64,000 nt of DNA, taken from the NCBI GenBank assembly GCA_964016885.1, contig OZ024756.1, positions 2,728,001 through 2,792,000 of the forward strand, written 5' to 3'. Position numbers and translations under genes: made by a program. Below the pieces are notes generated by a model. That model was not told the origin of the DNA. It did no database searches and saw nothing but the letters and a program-made list of their open reading frames with translations. Below, piece by piece: positions 39,905 to 55,473 of this stretch (positions within the stretch are counted from its first letter, which is position 1; every line of letters starts with the position of its first letter). This DNA comes from Eledone cirrhosa. Its lineage: Eukaryota.

Positions 39905-42900
39905 CTAAATACACCAACTGTACTCTCGGTAGTACTAAATATAGCAACTGTACTGTGGGTAGTACTAAATATACCAACTGTACTGTCGGTAGTACTAAAT
40001 ATACCAACTGTACTGTGGGTAGTACTAAATATACCAACTGTACTCTCGGTAGTACTAAATATACCAACTGTACTGTGGGTAGTACTAAATACACCAACTG
40101 TACTGTGGATAGCACTAAATACACCAACTGTACTCTCGGTAGTACTAAATACAACAACTGTACTGTGGGTAGTACTAAATACACCAACTGTACTGTGGAT
40201 AGTACTAAATACACCAACTGTACTCTCGGTAGTACTAAATACACCAACTGTACTCTCGGTAGTACTAAATATACCAACTGTACTCTCGGTAGTACTAAAT
40301 ATACCAACTGTACTCTCGGTAGTACTAAATACACCAACTGTACTGTGGATAGTACTAAATACACCAACTGTACTCTCGGTAGTACTAAATACACCAACTG
40401 TACTGTGGGTAGTACTAAATACACCAACTGTACTGTGGATAGTACTAAATACACCAACTGTACTCTCGGTAGTACTAAATACACCAACTGTACTGTGGGT
40501 AGTACTAAATATACCAACTGTACTGTCGGTAGTACTAAATACACCAACTGTACTCTCGGTAGTACTAAATATACCAACTGTACTGTGGGTAGTACTAAAT
40601 ATACCAACTGTACTGTGGGTAGTACTAAATATACCAACTGTACTGTCGGTAGTACTAAATACACCAACTGTACTGTGGGTAGTACTAAATACACCAACTG
40701 TACTGTGGGTAGTACTAAATATACCAACTGTACTGTGGGTAGTACTAAATATACCAACTGTACTGTCGGTAGTACTAAATATACCAACTGTACTGTCGGT
40801 AGTACTAAATACACCAACTGTACTCTCGGTAGTACTAAATACACCAACTGTACTGTGGGTAGTACTAAATATACCAACTGTACTGTGGGTAGTACTAAAT
40901 ATACCAACTGTACTGTGGGTAGTACTAAATATACCAACTGTACTGTCGGTAGTACTAAATACACCAACTGTACTGTGGGTAGTACTAAATACACCAACTG
41001 TACTGTGGGTAGTACTAAATATACCAACTGTACTGTGGGTAGTACTAAATATACCAACTGTACTGTGGGTAGTACTAAATATACCAACTGTACTGTAGGT
41101 AGTACTAAATACACCAACTGTACTCTCGGTAGTACTAAATACACCAACTGTACTGTGGGTAGTACTAAATATACCAACTGTACTGTGGGTAGTACTAAAT
41201 ATACCAACTGTACTGTCGGTAGTACTAAATACACCAACTGTACTGTGGGTAGTACTAAATACACCAACTGTACTGTGGGTAGTACTAAATATACCAACTG
41301 TACTGTGGGTAGTACTAAATATACCAACTGTACTGTCGGTAGTACTAAATATACCAACTGTACTGTCGGTAGTACTAAATACACCTACTGTACTGTGGGT
41401 AGTACTAAATATACCAACTGTACTGTGGGTAGTACTAAATATACCAACTGTACTGTCGGTAGTACTAAATACACCAACTGTACTCTCGGTAGTACTAAAT
41501 ATACCAACTGTACTGTGGGTAGTACTAAATATACCAACTGTACTGTCGGTAGTACTAAATACACCAACTGTACTCTCGGTAGTACTAAATATACCAACTG
41601 TACTGTCGGTAGTACTAAATACACCAACTGTACTGTGGGTAGTACTAAATATACCAACTGTACTGTGGGTAGTACTAAATACACCAACTGTACTGTGGGT
41701 AGTACTAAATATACCAACTGTACTGTGGGTAGTACTAAATACACCAACTGTACTGTGGGTAGTACTAAATACACCAACTGTACTCTCGGTAGTACTAAAT
41801 ACACCAACTGTACTGTGGGTAGTACTAAATATACCAACTGTACTGTGGGTAGTACTAAATACACCAACTGTACTGTGGGTAGTACTAAATACACCAACTG
41901 TACTGTGGGTAGTACTAAATACACCAACTGTACTGTGGGTAGTACTAAATATACCAACTGTACTGTGGGTAGTACTAAATATACCAACTGTACTGTCGGT
42001 AGTACTAAATACACCAACTGTACTCTCGGTAGTACTAAATACACCAACTGTACTCTCGGTAGTACTAAATATACCAACTGTACTGTGGGTAGTACTAAAT
42101 ATACCAACTGTACTATGGGTAGTACTAAATACACCAACTGTACTGTGGGTAGTACTAAATATACCAACTGTACTGTCGGTAGTACTAAATACACCAACTG
42201 TACTGTCGGTAGTACTAAATATACCAACTGTACTGTCGGTAGTACTAAATATACCAACTGTACTCTCGGTAGTACTAAATACACCAACTGTACTCTCGGT
42301 AGTACTAAATACACCAACTGTACTCTCGGTAGTACTAAATATACCAACTGTACTGTCGGTAGTACTAAATACACCAACTGTACTGTCGGTAGTACTAAAT
42401 ATACCAACTGTACTGTCGGTAGTACTAAATATACCAACTGTACTGTGGGTAGTACTAAATATACCAACTGTACTGTCGGTAGTACTAAATACACCAACTG
42501 TACTCTCGGTAGTACTAAATATACCAACTGTACTCTCGGTAGTACTAAATACACCAACTGTACTCTCGGTAGTACTAAATATACCAACTGTACTCTCGGT
42601 AGTACTAAATACACCAACTGTACTGTCGGTAGTACTAAATACACCAACTGTACTCTCGGTAGTACTAAATATACCAACTGTACTGTCGGTAGTACTAAAT
42701 ATACCAACTGTACTCTCGGTAGTACCAACTATACCAACTGTACTGTCGGTAGTACTAAATATACCAACTGTACTCTCGGTAGTACTAAATATACCAACTG
42801 TACTCTCGGTAGTACTAAATACACCAACTGTACTGTCGGTAGTACTAAATACACCAACTGTACTCTCGGTAGTACTAAATATACCAACTGTACTGTCGGT

Positions 42901-45900
42901 AGTACTAAATACACCAACTGTACTCTCGGTAGTACTAAATATACCAACTGTACTGTCGATAGTACTAAATATACCAACTGTACTCTCGGTAGTACTAAAT
43001 ATACCAACTGTACTCTCGGTAGTACTAAATACACCAACTGTACTCTCGGTAGTACTAAATACACCAACTGTACTGTGGGTAGTACTAAATATACCAACTG
43101 TACTCTCGGTAGTACTAAATACACCAACTGTACTCTCGGTAGTACTAAATACACCAACTGTACTCTCGGTAGTACTAAATATACCAACTGTACTCTCGGT
43201 AGTACTAAATACACCAACTGTACTCTCGGTAGTACTAAATACACCAACTGTACTGTGGGTAGTACTAAATATACCCACTGTACTCTCGGTAGTACTAAAT
43301 ACACCAACTGTACTCTCGGTAGTACTAAATATACCTACTGTACTCTCGGTAGTACCAAATGTACCAAATATACCAACTGTACTGTCGGTAGTACCAACTA
43401 TACCAACTGTACTCTCGGTAGTACCAACTATACCAACTGTACTCTCGGTAGTACCAACTATACCAACTGTACTCTCGGTAGTACCAACTATACCAACTGT
43501 ACTCTCGGTAGTACCAACTATACCAACTGTACTCTCGGTAGTACCAACTATACCAACTGTACTCTCGGTAGTACCAACTATACCAACTGTACTCTCGGTA
43601 GTACCAACTATACCAACTGTACTCTCGGTAGTACCAACTATACCAACTGTACTCTCGGTAGTACCAACTATACCAACTGTACTCTCGGTAGTACCAACTA
43701 TACCAACTGTACTCTCGGTAGTACCAACTATACAACTGTACTGTGGGTAGTACCAACTATACCAACTGTACTCTCGGTAGTACCAACTATACCAACTGTA
43801 CTCTCGGTAGTACCAACTATACCAACTGTACTCTCGGTAGTACCAACTATACCAACTGTACTCTCGGTAGTACCAACTATACCAACTGTACTCTCGGTAG
43901 TACCAACTATACCAACTGTACTCTCGGTAGTACCAACTATACCAACTGTACTCTCGGTAATACCAACTATACCAACTGTACTCTCGGTAGTACCAACTAT
44001 ACCAACTGTACTCTCGGTAATACCAACTATACCAACTGTACTCTCGGTAGTACCAACTATACCAACTGTACTCTCGGTAGTACCAACTATACCAACTGTA
44101 CTCTCGGTAGTACCAACTATACCAACTGTACTGTCGGTAGTACCAACTATACCAACTGTACTCTCGGTAGTACCAACTATACCAACTGTACTCTCGGTAG
44201 TACCAACTATACCAACTGTACTGTCGGTAGTACCAACTATACCAACTGTACTCTCGGTAGTACCAACTATACCAACTGTACTCTCGGTAGTACCAACTAT
44301 ACCAACTGTACTGTCGGTAGTACCAACTATACCAACTGTACTCTCGGTAGTACCAACTATACCAACTGTACTCTCGGTAGTACCAACTATACCAACTGTA
44401 CTCTCGGTAGTACCAACTATACCAACTGTACTCTCGGTAGTACCAACTATACCAACTGTACTGTTGGTAGTACCAACTATACCAACTGTACTCTCGGTAG
44501 TACCAACTATACCAACTGTACTCTCGGTAGTACCAACTATACCAACTGTACTGTCGGTAGTACCAACTATACCAACTGTACTCTCGGTAGTACCAACTAT
44601 ACCAACTGTACTCTCGGTAGTACCAACTATACCAACTGTACTCTCGGTAGTACCAACTATACCAACTGTACTCTCGGTAGTACCAACTATACCAACTGTA
44701 CTCTCGGTAGTACCAACTATACCAACTGTACTGTCGGTAGTACCAACTATACCAACTGTACTCTCGGTAGTACCAACTATACCAACTGTACTCTCGGTAG
44801 TACCAACTATACCAACTGTACTCTCGGTAGTACTAACTATACCAACTGTACTGTCGGTAGTACCAACTATACCAACTGTACTGTCGGTAGTACCAACTAT
44901 ACCAACTGTACTGTCGGTAGTACCAACTATACCAACTGTACTCTCGGTAGTACCAACTATACCAACTGTACTGTCGGTAGTACCAACTATACCAACTGTA
45001 CTGTCGGTAGTACCAACTATACCAACTGAACTCTCGGTAGTACCAACTATACCAACTGTACTCTCGGTAGTACCAACTATACCAACTGTACTCTCGGTAG
45101 TACCAACTATACCAACTGTACTCTCGGTAGTACCAACTATACCAACTGTACTCTCGGTAGTACCAACTATACCAACTGTACTCTCGGTAGTACCAACTAT
45201 ACCAACTGTACTCTCGGTAGTACCAACTATACCAACTGTACTCTCGGTAGTACCAACTATACCAACTGTACTCTCGGTAGTACCAACTATACCAACTGTA
45301 CTCTCGGTAGTACCAACTATACCAACCGAACTCTCGGTAGTACCAACTATACCAACTGTACTGTTGGTAGTACCAACTATACCAACTGTACTCTCGGTAG
45401 TACCAACTATACCAACTGTACTCTCGGTAGTACCAACTATACCAACTGTACTGTCGGTAGTACCAACTATACCAACTGTACTCTCGGTAGTACCAACTAT
45501 ACCAACTGTACTCTCGGTAGTACCAACTATACCAACTGTACTCTCGGTAGTACCAACTATACCAACTGTACTCTCGGTAGTACCAACTATACCAACTGTA
45601 CTGTCGGTAGTACCAACTATACCAACTGTACTCTCGGTAGTACCAACTATACCAACTGTACTCTCGGTAGTACCAACTATACCAACTGTACTCTCGGTAG
45701 TACCAACTATACCAACTGTACTGTCGGTAGTACCAACTATACCAACTGTACTGTCGGTAGTACCAACTATACCAACTGTACTGTCGGTAGTACCAACTAT
45801 ACCAACTGTACTCTCGGTAGTACCAACTATACCAACTGTACTGTCGGTAGTACCAACTATACCAACTGTACTGTCGGCAGTACCAACTATACCAACTGTA

Positions 45901-48900
45901 CTCTCGGTAGTACCAACTATACCAACTGTACTGTCGGTAGTACCAACTATACCAACTGTACTGTCGGTAGTACCAACTATACCAACTGTACTCTCGGTAG
46001 TACCAACTATACCAACTGTACTCTCGGTAGTACCAACTATACCAACTGTACTGTCGGTAGTACCAACTATACCAACTGTACTGTCGGTAGTACCAACTAT
46101 ACCAACTGTACTGTCGGTAGTACCAACTATACCAACTGTACTCTCGGTAGTACCAACTATACCAACTGTACTGTCGGTAGTACCAACTATACCAACTGTA
46201 CTGTCGGTAGTACCAACTATACCAACTGTACTCTCGGTAGTACCAACTATACCAACTGTACTCTCGGTAGTACCAACTATACCAACTGTACTCTCGGTAG
46301 TACCAACTATACCAACTGTACTCTCGGTAGTACCAACTATACCAACTGTACTCTCGGTAGTACCAACTATACCAACTGTACTCTCGGTAGTACCAACTAT
46401 ACCAACTGTACTCTCGGTAGTACCAACTATACCAACTGTACTGTCGGTAGTACCAACTATACCAACTGTACTCTCGGTAGTACCAACTATACCAACTGTA
46501 CTGTCGGTAGTACCAACTATACCAACTGTACTGTCGGTAGTACCAACTATACCAACTGTACTGTCGGTAGTACCAACTATACCAACTGTACTCTCGGTAG
46601 TACCAACTATACCAACTGTACTGTCGGTAGTACCAACTATACCAACTGTACTGTCGGTAGTACCAACTATACCAACTGTACTCTCGGTAGTACCAACTAT
46701 ACCAACTGTACTCTCGGTAGTACCAACTATACCAACTGTACTCTCGGTAGTACCAACTATACCAACTGTACTGTCGGTAGTACCAACTATACCAACTGTA
46801 CTCTCGGTAGTACCAACTATACCAACTGTACTGTCGGTAGTACCAACTATACCAACTGTACTGTCGGTAGTACCAACTATACCAACTGTACTCTCGGTGG
46901 TACCAACTATACCAACTGTACTGTCGGTAGTACCAACTATACCAACTGTACTGTCGGTAGTACCAACTATACCAACTGTACTCTCGGTAGTACCAACTAT
47001 ACCAACTGTACTCTCGGTAGTACCAACTATACCAACTGTACTCTCGGTAGTACCAACTATACCAACTGTACTCTCGGTAGTACCAACTATACCAACTGTA
47101 CTCTCGGTAGTACCAACTATACCAACTGTACTGTCGGTAGTACCAACTATACCAACTGTACTCTCGGTAGTACCAACTATACCAACTGTACTCTCGGTAG
47201 TACCAACTATACCAACTGTAATCTCGGTAGTACCAACTATACCAACTGTACTCTCGGTAGTACCAACTATACCAACTGTACTCTCGGTAGTACCAACTAT
47301 ACCAACTGTACTCTCGGTAGTACCAACTATACCAACTGTAATCTCGGTAGTACCAACTATACCAACTGTACTGTCGGTAGTACCAACTATACCAACTGTA
47401 CTCTCGGTAGTACCAACTATACCAACTGTACTGTCGGTAGTACCAACTATACCAACTGTACTCTCGGTAGTACCAACTTTACCAACTGTACTGTCGGTAG
47501 TACCAACTATACCAACTGTACTGTCGGTAGTACCAACTATACCAACTGTACTCTCGGTAGTACCAACTATACCAACTGTACTCTCGGTAGTACCAACTAT
47601 ACCAACTGTACTCTCGGTAGTACCAACTATACCAACTGTACTCTCGGTAGTACCAACTATACCAACTGTACTCTCGGTAGTACCAACTATACCAACTGTA
47701 CTGTCGGTAGTACCAACTATACCAACTGTACTCTCGGTAGTACCAACTATACCAACTGTACTCTCGGTAGTACCAACTATACCAACTGTACTCTCGGTAG
47801 TACCAACTATACCAACTGTACTCTCGGTAGTACCAACTATACCAACTGTACTCTCGGTAGTACCAACTATACCAACTGTACTCTCGGTAGTACCAACTAT
47901 ACAAACTGTACTCTCGGTAGTACCAACTATACCAACTGTACTCTCGGTAGTACCAACTATACCAACTGTACTCTCGGTAGTACCAACTATACCAACTGTA
48001 CTCTCGGTAGTACCAACTATACCAACTGTACTGTCGGTAGTACCAACTATACCAACTGTACTCTCGGTAGTACCAACTATACCAACTGTACTCTCGGTAG
48101 TACCAACTATACCAACTGTACTCTCGGTAGTACCAACTATACCAACTGTACTCTCGGTAGTACCAACTATACCAACTGTACTCTCGGTAGTACCAACTAT
48201 ACCAACTGTACTCTCGGTAGTACCAACTATACCAACTGTACTCTCGGTAGTACCAACTATACCAACTGTACTCTCGGTAGTACCAACTATACCAACTGTA
48301 CTGTCGGTAGTACCAACTATACCAACTGTACTCTCGGTAGTACCAACTATACCAACTGTACTCTCGGTAGTACCAACTATACCAACTGTACTCTCGGTAG
48401 TACCAACTATACCAACTGTACTGTCGGTAGTACCAACTATACCAACTGTACTCTCGGTAGTACCAACTATACCAACTGTACTGTCGGTAGTACCAACTAT
48501 ACCAACTGTACTCTCGGTAGTACCAACTATACCAACTGTACTGTCGGTAGTACCAACTATACCAACTGTACTGTCGGTAGTACCAACTATACCAACTGTA
48601 CTCTCGGTAGTACCAACTATACCAACTGTACTGTCGGTAGTACCAACTATACCAACTGTACTGTCGGTAGTACCAACTATACCAACTGTACTCTCGGTAG
48701 TACCAACTATACCAACTGTACTCTCGGTAGTACCAACTATACCAACTGTACTGTCGGTAGTACCAACTATACCAACTGTACTGTCGGTAGTACCAACTAT
48801 ACCAACTGTACTGTCGGTAGTACCAACTATACCAACTGTACTCTCGGTAGTACCAACTATACCAACTGTACTGTCGGTAGTACCAACTATACCAACTGTA

Positions 48901-51209
48901 CTGTCGGTAGTACCAACTATACCAACTGTACTCTCGGTAGTACCAACTATACCAACTGTACTTTCGGTAGTACCAACTATACCAACTGTACTCTCGGTAG
49001 TACCAACTATACCAACTGTACTCTCGGTAGTACCAACTATACCAACTGTACTCTCGGTAGTACCAACTATACCAACTGTACTCTCGGTAGTACCAACTAT
49101 ACCAACTGTACTCTCGGTAGTACCAACTATACCAACTGTACTGTCGGTAGTACCAACTATACCAACTGTACTCTCGGTAGTACCAACTATACCAACTGTA
49201 CTGTCGGTAGTACCAACTATACCAACTGTACTGTCGGTAGTACCAACTATACCAACTGTACTGTCGGTAGTACCAACTATACCAACTGTACTCTCGGTAG
49301 TACCAACTATACCAACTGTACTGTCGGTAGTACCAACTATACCAACTGTACTGTCGGTAGTACCAACTATACCAACTGTACTCTCGGTAGTACCAACTAT
49401 ACCAACTGTACTCTCGGTAGTACCAACTATACCAACTGTACTCTCGGTAGTACCAACTATACCAACTGTACTGTCGGTAGTACCAACTATACCAACTGTA
49501 CTCTCGGTAGTACCAACTATACCAACTGTACTGTTGGTAGTACCAACTATACCAACTGTACTGTCGGTAGTACCAACTATACCAACTGTACTGTCGGTAG
49601 TACCAACTATACCAACTGTACTCTCGGTAGTACCAACTATACCAACTGTACTGTCGGTAGTACCAACTATACCAACTGTACTGTCGGTAGTACCAACTAT
49701 ACCAACTGTACTCTCGGTAGTACCAACTATACCAACTGTACTCTCGGTAGTACCAACTATACCAACTGTACTCTCGGTAGTACCAACTATACCAACTGTA
49801 CTCTCGGTAGTACCAACTATACCAACTGTACTCTCGGTAGTACCAACTATACCAACTGTACTGTCGGTAGTACCAACTATACCAACTGTACTCTCGGTAG
49901 TACCAACTATACCAACTGTACTCTCGGTAGTACCAACTATACCAACTGTACTCTCGGTAGTACCAACTATAACAATTGTACTCTCGGTAGTACCAACTAT
50001 ACCAACTGTACTCTCGGTAGTACCAACTATACCAACTGTACTCTCGGTAGTACCAACTATACCAACTGTACTCTCGGTAGTACCAACTATACCAACTGTA
50101 CTGTCGGTAGTACCAACTATACCAACTGTACTCTCGGTAGTACCAACTATACCAACTGTACTCTCGGTAGTACCAACTATACCAACTGTACTCTCGGTAG
50201 TACCAACTATACCAACTGTACTGTCGGTAGTACCAACTATACCAACTGTACTGTCGGTAGTACCAACTATACCAACTGTACTCTCGGTAGTACCAACTAT
50301 ACCAACTGTACTCTCGGTAGTACCAACTATACCAACTGTACTCTCGGTAGTACCAACTATACCAACTGTACTCTCGGTAGTACCAACTATACCAACTGTA
50401 CTCTCGGTAGTACCAACTATACCAACTGTACTGTCGGTAGTACCAACTATACCAACTGTACTCTCGGTAGTACCAACTATACCAACTGTACTCTCGGTAG
50501 TACCAACTATACCAACTGTACTCTCGGTAGTACCAACTATACCAACTGTACTCTCGGTAGTACCAACTATACCAACTGTACTCTCGGTAGTACCAACTAT
50601 ACCAACTGTACTCTCGGTAGTACCAACTATACCAACTGTACTCTCGGTAGTACCAACTATACCAACTGTACTCTCGGTAGTACCAACTATACCAACTGTA
50701 CTCTCGGTAGTACCAACTATACCAACTGTACTGTCGGTAGTACCAACTATACCAACTGTACTCTCGGTAGTACCAACTATACCAACTGTACTCTCGGTAG
50801 TACCAACTATACCAACTGTACTCTCGGTAGTACCAACTATACCAACTGTACTCTCGGTAGTACCAACTATACCAACTGTACTCTCGGTAGTACCAACTAT
50901 ACCAACTGTACTCTCGGTAGTACCAACTATACCAACTGTACTCTCGGTAGTACCAACTATACCAACTGTACTCTCGGTAGTACCAACTATACCAACTGTA
51001 CTCTCGGTAGTACCAACTATACCAACTGTACTCTCGGTAGTACCACCTATACCAACTGTACTCTCGGTAGTACCAACTATACCAACTGTACTCTCGGTAG
51101 TACCAACTATACCAACTGTACTCTCGGTAGTACCAACTATACCAACTGTACTCTCGGTAGTACCAACTATACCAACTGTACTGTCGGTAGTACCAACTAT
51201 ACCAACTGT
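39905..51209. repeat. 11.3-kb satellite, 30-bp unit, about 377 copies in two domains
   Basis: Domain 1 AGTACTAAATA(T/C)ACCAACTGTACT(CTC/GTC/GTG)GGT runs to about 43350; domain 2 AGTACCAACTATACCAACTGTACT(C/G)TCGGT follows. Confidence 0.98.
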
Positions 51210-51313
51210 CCATGTCGGCAGCAGATGACCACGGAATTCTTTTTTCTGTTGCCCATTTGACAATAAATATATATGTATATATGACAACACACACACACAC
51301 TCACACACACACA

Positions 51314-51361
<48 letters not shown>

Positions 51362-51368
51362 CACACAC

Positions 51369-51403
<35 letters not shown>

Positions 51404-51557
51404 AAGTGAGGGTGACATATTTATAAAATAGATTACACACACACTCACATATATATATATAGCCATATACATATAGTAGAAGAGAGACAGAGATAGTGAC
51501 AAACAGACTGATGTAATCACACACACACACACACACACACGCACACACGCACACACG

Positions 51558-51588
<31 letters not shown>

Positions 51589-52069
51589 TATATACATATG
51601 TCTAAACGCAGACGAAAGTGAGTCTTATGGCTAGTTATGCAAGTATGCAGTCATATAGGTGGCAAATGAAGGTGTAAATGCCGTTGTGTATGTCAGGAAT
51701 ATGATGAAACATATGGTTGCATATGGTTAAGTTAATTTGTAGAAAACAGAATAATTTCTGGCTAAGTGAGCACATGTAGTAACATATGGAGGTATTTGAG
51801 TATCTGTCAAACATACGGCTGGTGTTTGTGGCTAATTAACTCTCCGTCGGGTACAGAAATTTGAATATCTTCAAGACCCGTTAATGATGGCTGATACATC
51901 TTTTGTCTTGTATCACTTCTATCATTCATGAATCAATAAGGGTCACTCTTCCTGGTCACTCGACGTGTTAGAAATAATAGCCAGATTTCACTCGAATATC
52001 AGTCTAGCCTGTAAGATAAAATAAAGTCTCTTTTGGTTAGTGTTGGTGATGGATAGAACAATGAGGTGA

Positions 52070-53015
52070 AATAATTGCTTCTGATTTAGGCACAAGGCCA
52101 GCAGTTTTTGTGGGGGGGGGGGGCGATTAAATCGATCCATTATATTACAGGTACCTTATGCTATAGACCCCGTAGTGATGAAAGGCAAAGCTAACCTCGG
52201 CGGGATTTGAACTCAGAACGTAAAGAGACGTAACTATATGACGCAAAGCATGTTGCCCGATGCTCTACCGACACTGCCAGTCCACAGCCCTTGACACTAC
52301 CATAAAGCTAACCTCGGCCAGATTTGAACTCAGAACGTAAAGAGCTGTAACTCAATGCCACAAATCATGATGTCCAACTCTCTACCGATTACCGCCAATC
52401 CATCGCCCTAAGCTGAGATAATAATTGTCTCTACTTTTGGCACAAGGCCAGCAATTATCCCAGTAGATTACTGGAACTTTATTTATCGACCCCCGTAAGG
52501 ATGAAAAGCAAAGTTAACCCCGACGGGGCAGGAAATCGCCATATTTGGAGAGTGGGTAGAATGTCAGATAGAATGTTTTGAGGTATTTGTTCCGGCTTTC
52601 TGTTGTCTGAGTTTAAAACCCACCCAAGTCCACTTTCCCTTTCTTCAGCATTACTCATTGTTAATGATAATTCTTGTCAAGAAAGACAAGGGAGATTACT
52701 TTGAAATAAAGAAAAACGATAAAACGTATTAGATGGGAGAATAAAATTGATCTGTAGAAGGCGCAGTAACAATTCTGATCATGTTTAGATACCCTCAAGG
52801 CGGTGGATGGGCAATATCGGTAGAGGGTCAGACGCCATACTTTGCAGTATAGAGTTACAGCCCTTTATGATCTGGGTTCAAATCTTACCGAGGTTAACTT
52901 TGCCTTTCATGCTCACGGGGTCGATAAAATAAAGTACCAGTAATGCACTGGATCGATTTAATCGACTTTCCCCTCCCCGCAAAATTGCTGGTCTTGTGCC
53001 TATAGTAGAAATCAA
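52070..53015. mobile_element. cluster of family 1 SINEs (52070-52290, 52303-52409 and 52421-52528 minus; 52799-53015 plus)
   Basis: Same A/B boxes and central domain as the 27620 and 34681 copies. Confidence 0.85.
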
Positions 53016-53431
53016 TATGTTTAGATATCCTATTCGTAAAAAGTTTACCCTCCCTCCCCAACCAGATATTAAATTGGGTGAGAACATATACAGAAACTTT
53101 AATGAATACCATTTATTGATATGCAAATTTGGATAATTTAGATTTCGGAGTTTCCCCTTCCATAATAATGTGAGTATAATTAGTTCTGTAATTATATCCT
53201 GGAAATGAATTATTAAAACATATTCTTATCTTCAATCACATCCACGTGTCATTAATCAACATAAACAATATAGGGTTCCTTTTATGTAAACCATTAACTT
53301 CTCAGAACAGAAATCTCCCAGTTTTATGATTGTTCATATATCCGGTAATCCTGGTATATATGGCATACCAAGCATGGACTCCGAAAATTAAATCTATATA
53401 TAAATTTGAGAGACTTCCGTCCGTTACACAA

Positions 53432-54565
53432 TGTGTGTGTGTGTTTGTGTGTGAATGTATGTGTGTGAGTATTTGTGTGAATGTATGTGTGTGTGTCTTT
53501 GTGTGAATGTATGTGCATGAGTGTTTGTGTGATTGTATGTGTGTTTGCGTGATTGTATGTGTGTGAGTGTTTGTGTGATTGTATGTGTGTTTGTGTGAAT
53601 GTATGTGTGTGTGTCTTTGCATGAATGTATGTGCATGAGTGTTTGTGTGATTGTATGTGTGTTTGTGTGATTGTATGTGTGTGAGTGTTTGTGTGAATGT
53701 ATGTGTGTGTGTCTTTGTGTGAATGTATGTGTGTGTGTGAGTGTTTGTGTGATTGTATGTGTGATTGTGTGATTGTATGTGTGTGAGTGTTTGTGTGATT
53801 GTATGTGCGTTTGTGTGAATGTATGTGTGTTTGTGTGAATGTATGTGTGTTTATGTGAATGTATGTATGTGTGTGAGTGTTTGTGTGATTGTATGTGGGT
53901 GCGAAAGGAAGGGGATGGGGAAAAAGCTATTGCAAAACAGCTGCTGGTGTTCCATTTGCTACGCTGTATATGAGTGCATGTGTATGTGTCTATTTGTGTA
54001 AATGTATGTGTGTGTGTGTGTGCTTGTGTGAATGTATGTCTGTGAGTGTGTATTTTTATAAGTGTGTCTGTGTTTGCGCTATTATATTTATATTCTTACA
54101 CATATATATGTATATACACATACACTCACGCCTACACATATATACATACACTCACTCCTACACATATACACATACACTCACACCTACACATATATATATA
54201 CATACACTGACGCGTACACATATATACATACACTGACGCCTACACATATATACATACATCCACACCTACACATATACAGATACACTCACGCCTACATATA
54301 TATACATACACTCACACCTACACATATATACATACACTGACACCTACACATATATACATACACTGACGCCTACACATATATACATACACTCACGCCGACA
54401 CATATATAAATACATACACTCGTGTCTATACATATATACATACACTCACGCCTACACATACACACATACATTCACACCTACACATATACACATACACCCA
54501 CGCCTACACATATACACATTCACCCACACCTACACATATACACCCACGCCTACACATATACACAT
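53432..54565. repeat. TG-rich minisatellite (53432-53900) and ~28-30-bp CATACACTCACGCCTACACATATA repeat (54105-54565)
   Basis: Direct reading. Confidence 0.9.
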
Positions 54566-55394
54566 ACGAGGGAGCGTGTTGAAACAAAACCTCTAGTACG
54601 TTCAAACGCCATTGTAACCATTATTGACGGCATGGGAGCACCAGATTTGCTATAATAATTAAATAATCTTGATTTAATGATTAATATATATGTATTTAGA
54701 TGGACCAAATTAATTTCTCAAGATATGTTTAATACATAAAATGTGTCACAATATCAGAACACGATCCTTCAAGAATGAACAAAAACAACAAAAAAACAGG
54801 AGGCGGCAAATACTGTTTTACTTTGATGTCGTTTTACAAATCCTGCAAAGATTGCAAAACGATTGACAAGGAAAATAGAGAGATTATTTTATTTGTATAA
54901 ATACTAATCTGCTGAACATAATCGATATGGATGAATGCAAATATGTGGAGATGTTCTAGATAATTCCTTGCAGCTGAACATGAGTCAATGCACACAAATA
55001 TACCACAGTTCTTCCTTACATACGTTTATAGGACACTGTACTGTTTTCACACTTATATACCCTCACACACACACACACACATAGACAATCATATACTCAT
55101 ACACACACGCACACACATTCACATACTCACACACACACATACGCGCACACATTCATATACTCACACACACACACAGACATTCAGATATTCATACACACAC
55201 ACATTCACATAGTCACACACACGCGCACACACATTCATATACTAACACTTACACACACACACACACACTCACATACTCTCTCTCTCACACACACACACAG
55301 AGTAACATATACATGCAATATATACATACATGGGGACACATTTAATTTTAGGTTAAATATAATAACAGGAAACAGAAATACAAATACGTTTACA

Positions 55395-55473
<79 letters not shown>

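Noticed and set aside
39838-51314. 3796-aa, 2528-aa, 1273-aa and 1156-aa ORFs as genes
   Set aside because: They arise because a 30-bp unit lacks stops in several frames on both strands. They have no unique domains, switch frame mid-array and start in microsatellite or at non-ATG codons. Coding potential is kept only as a low-probability finding.
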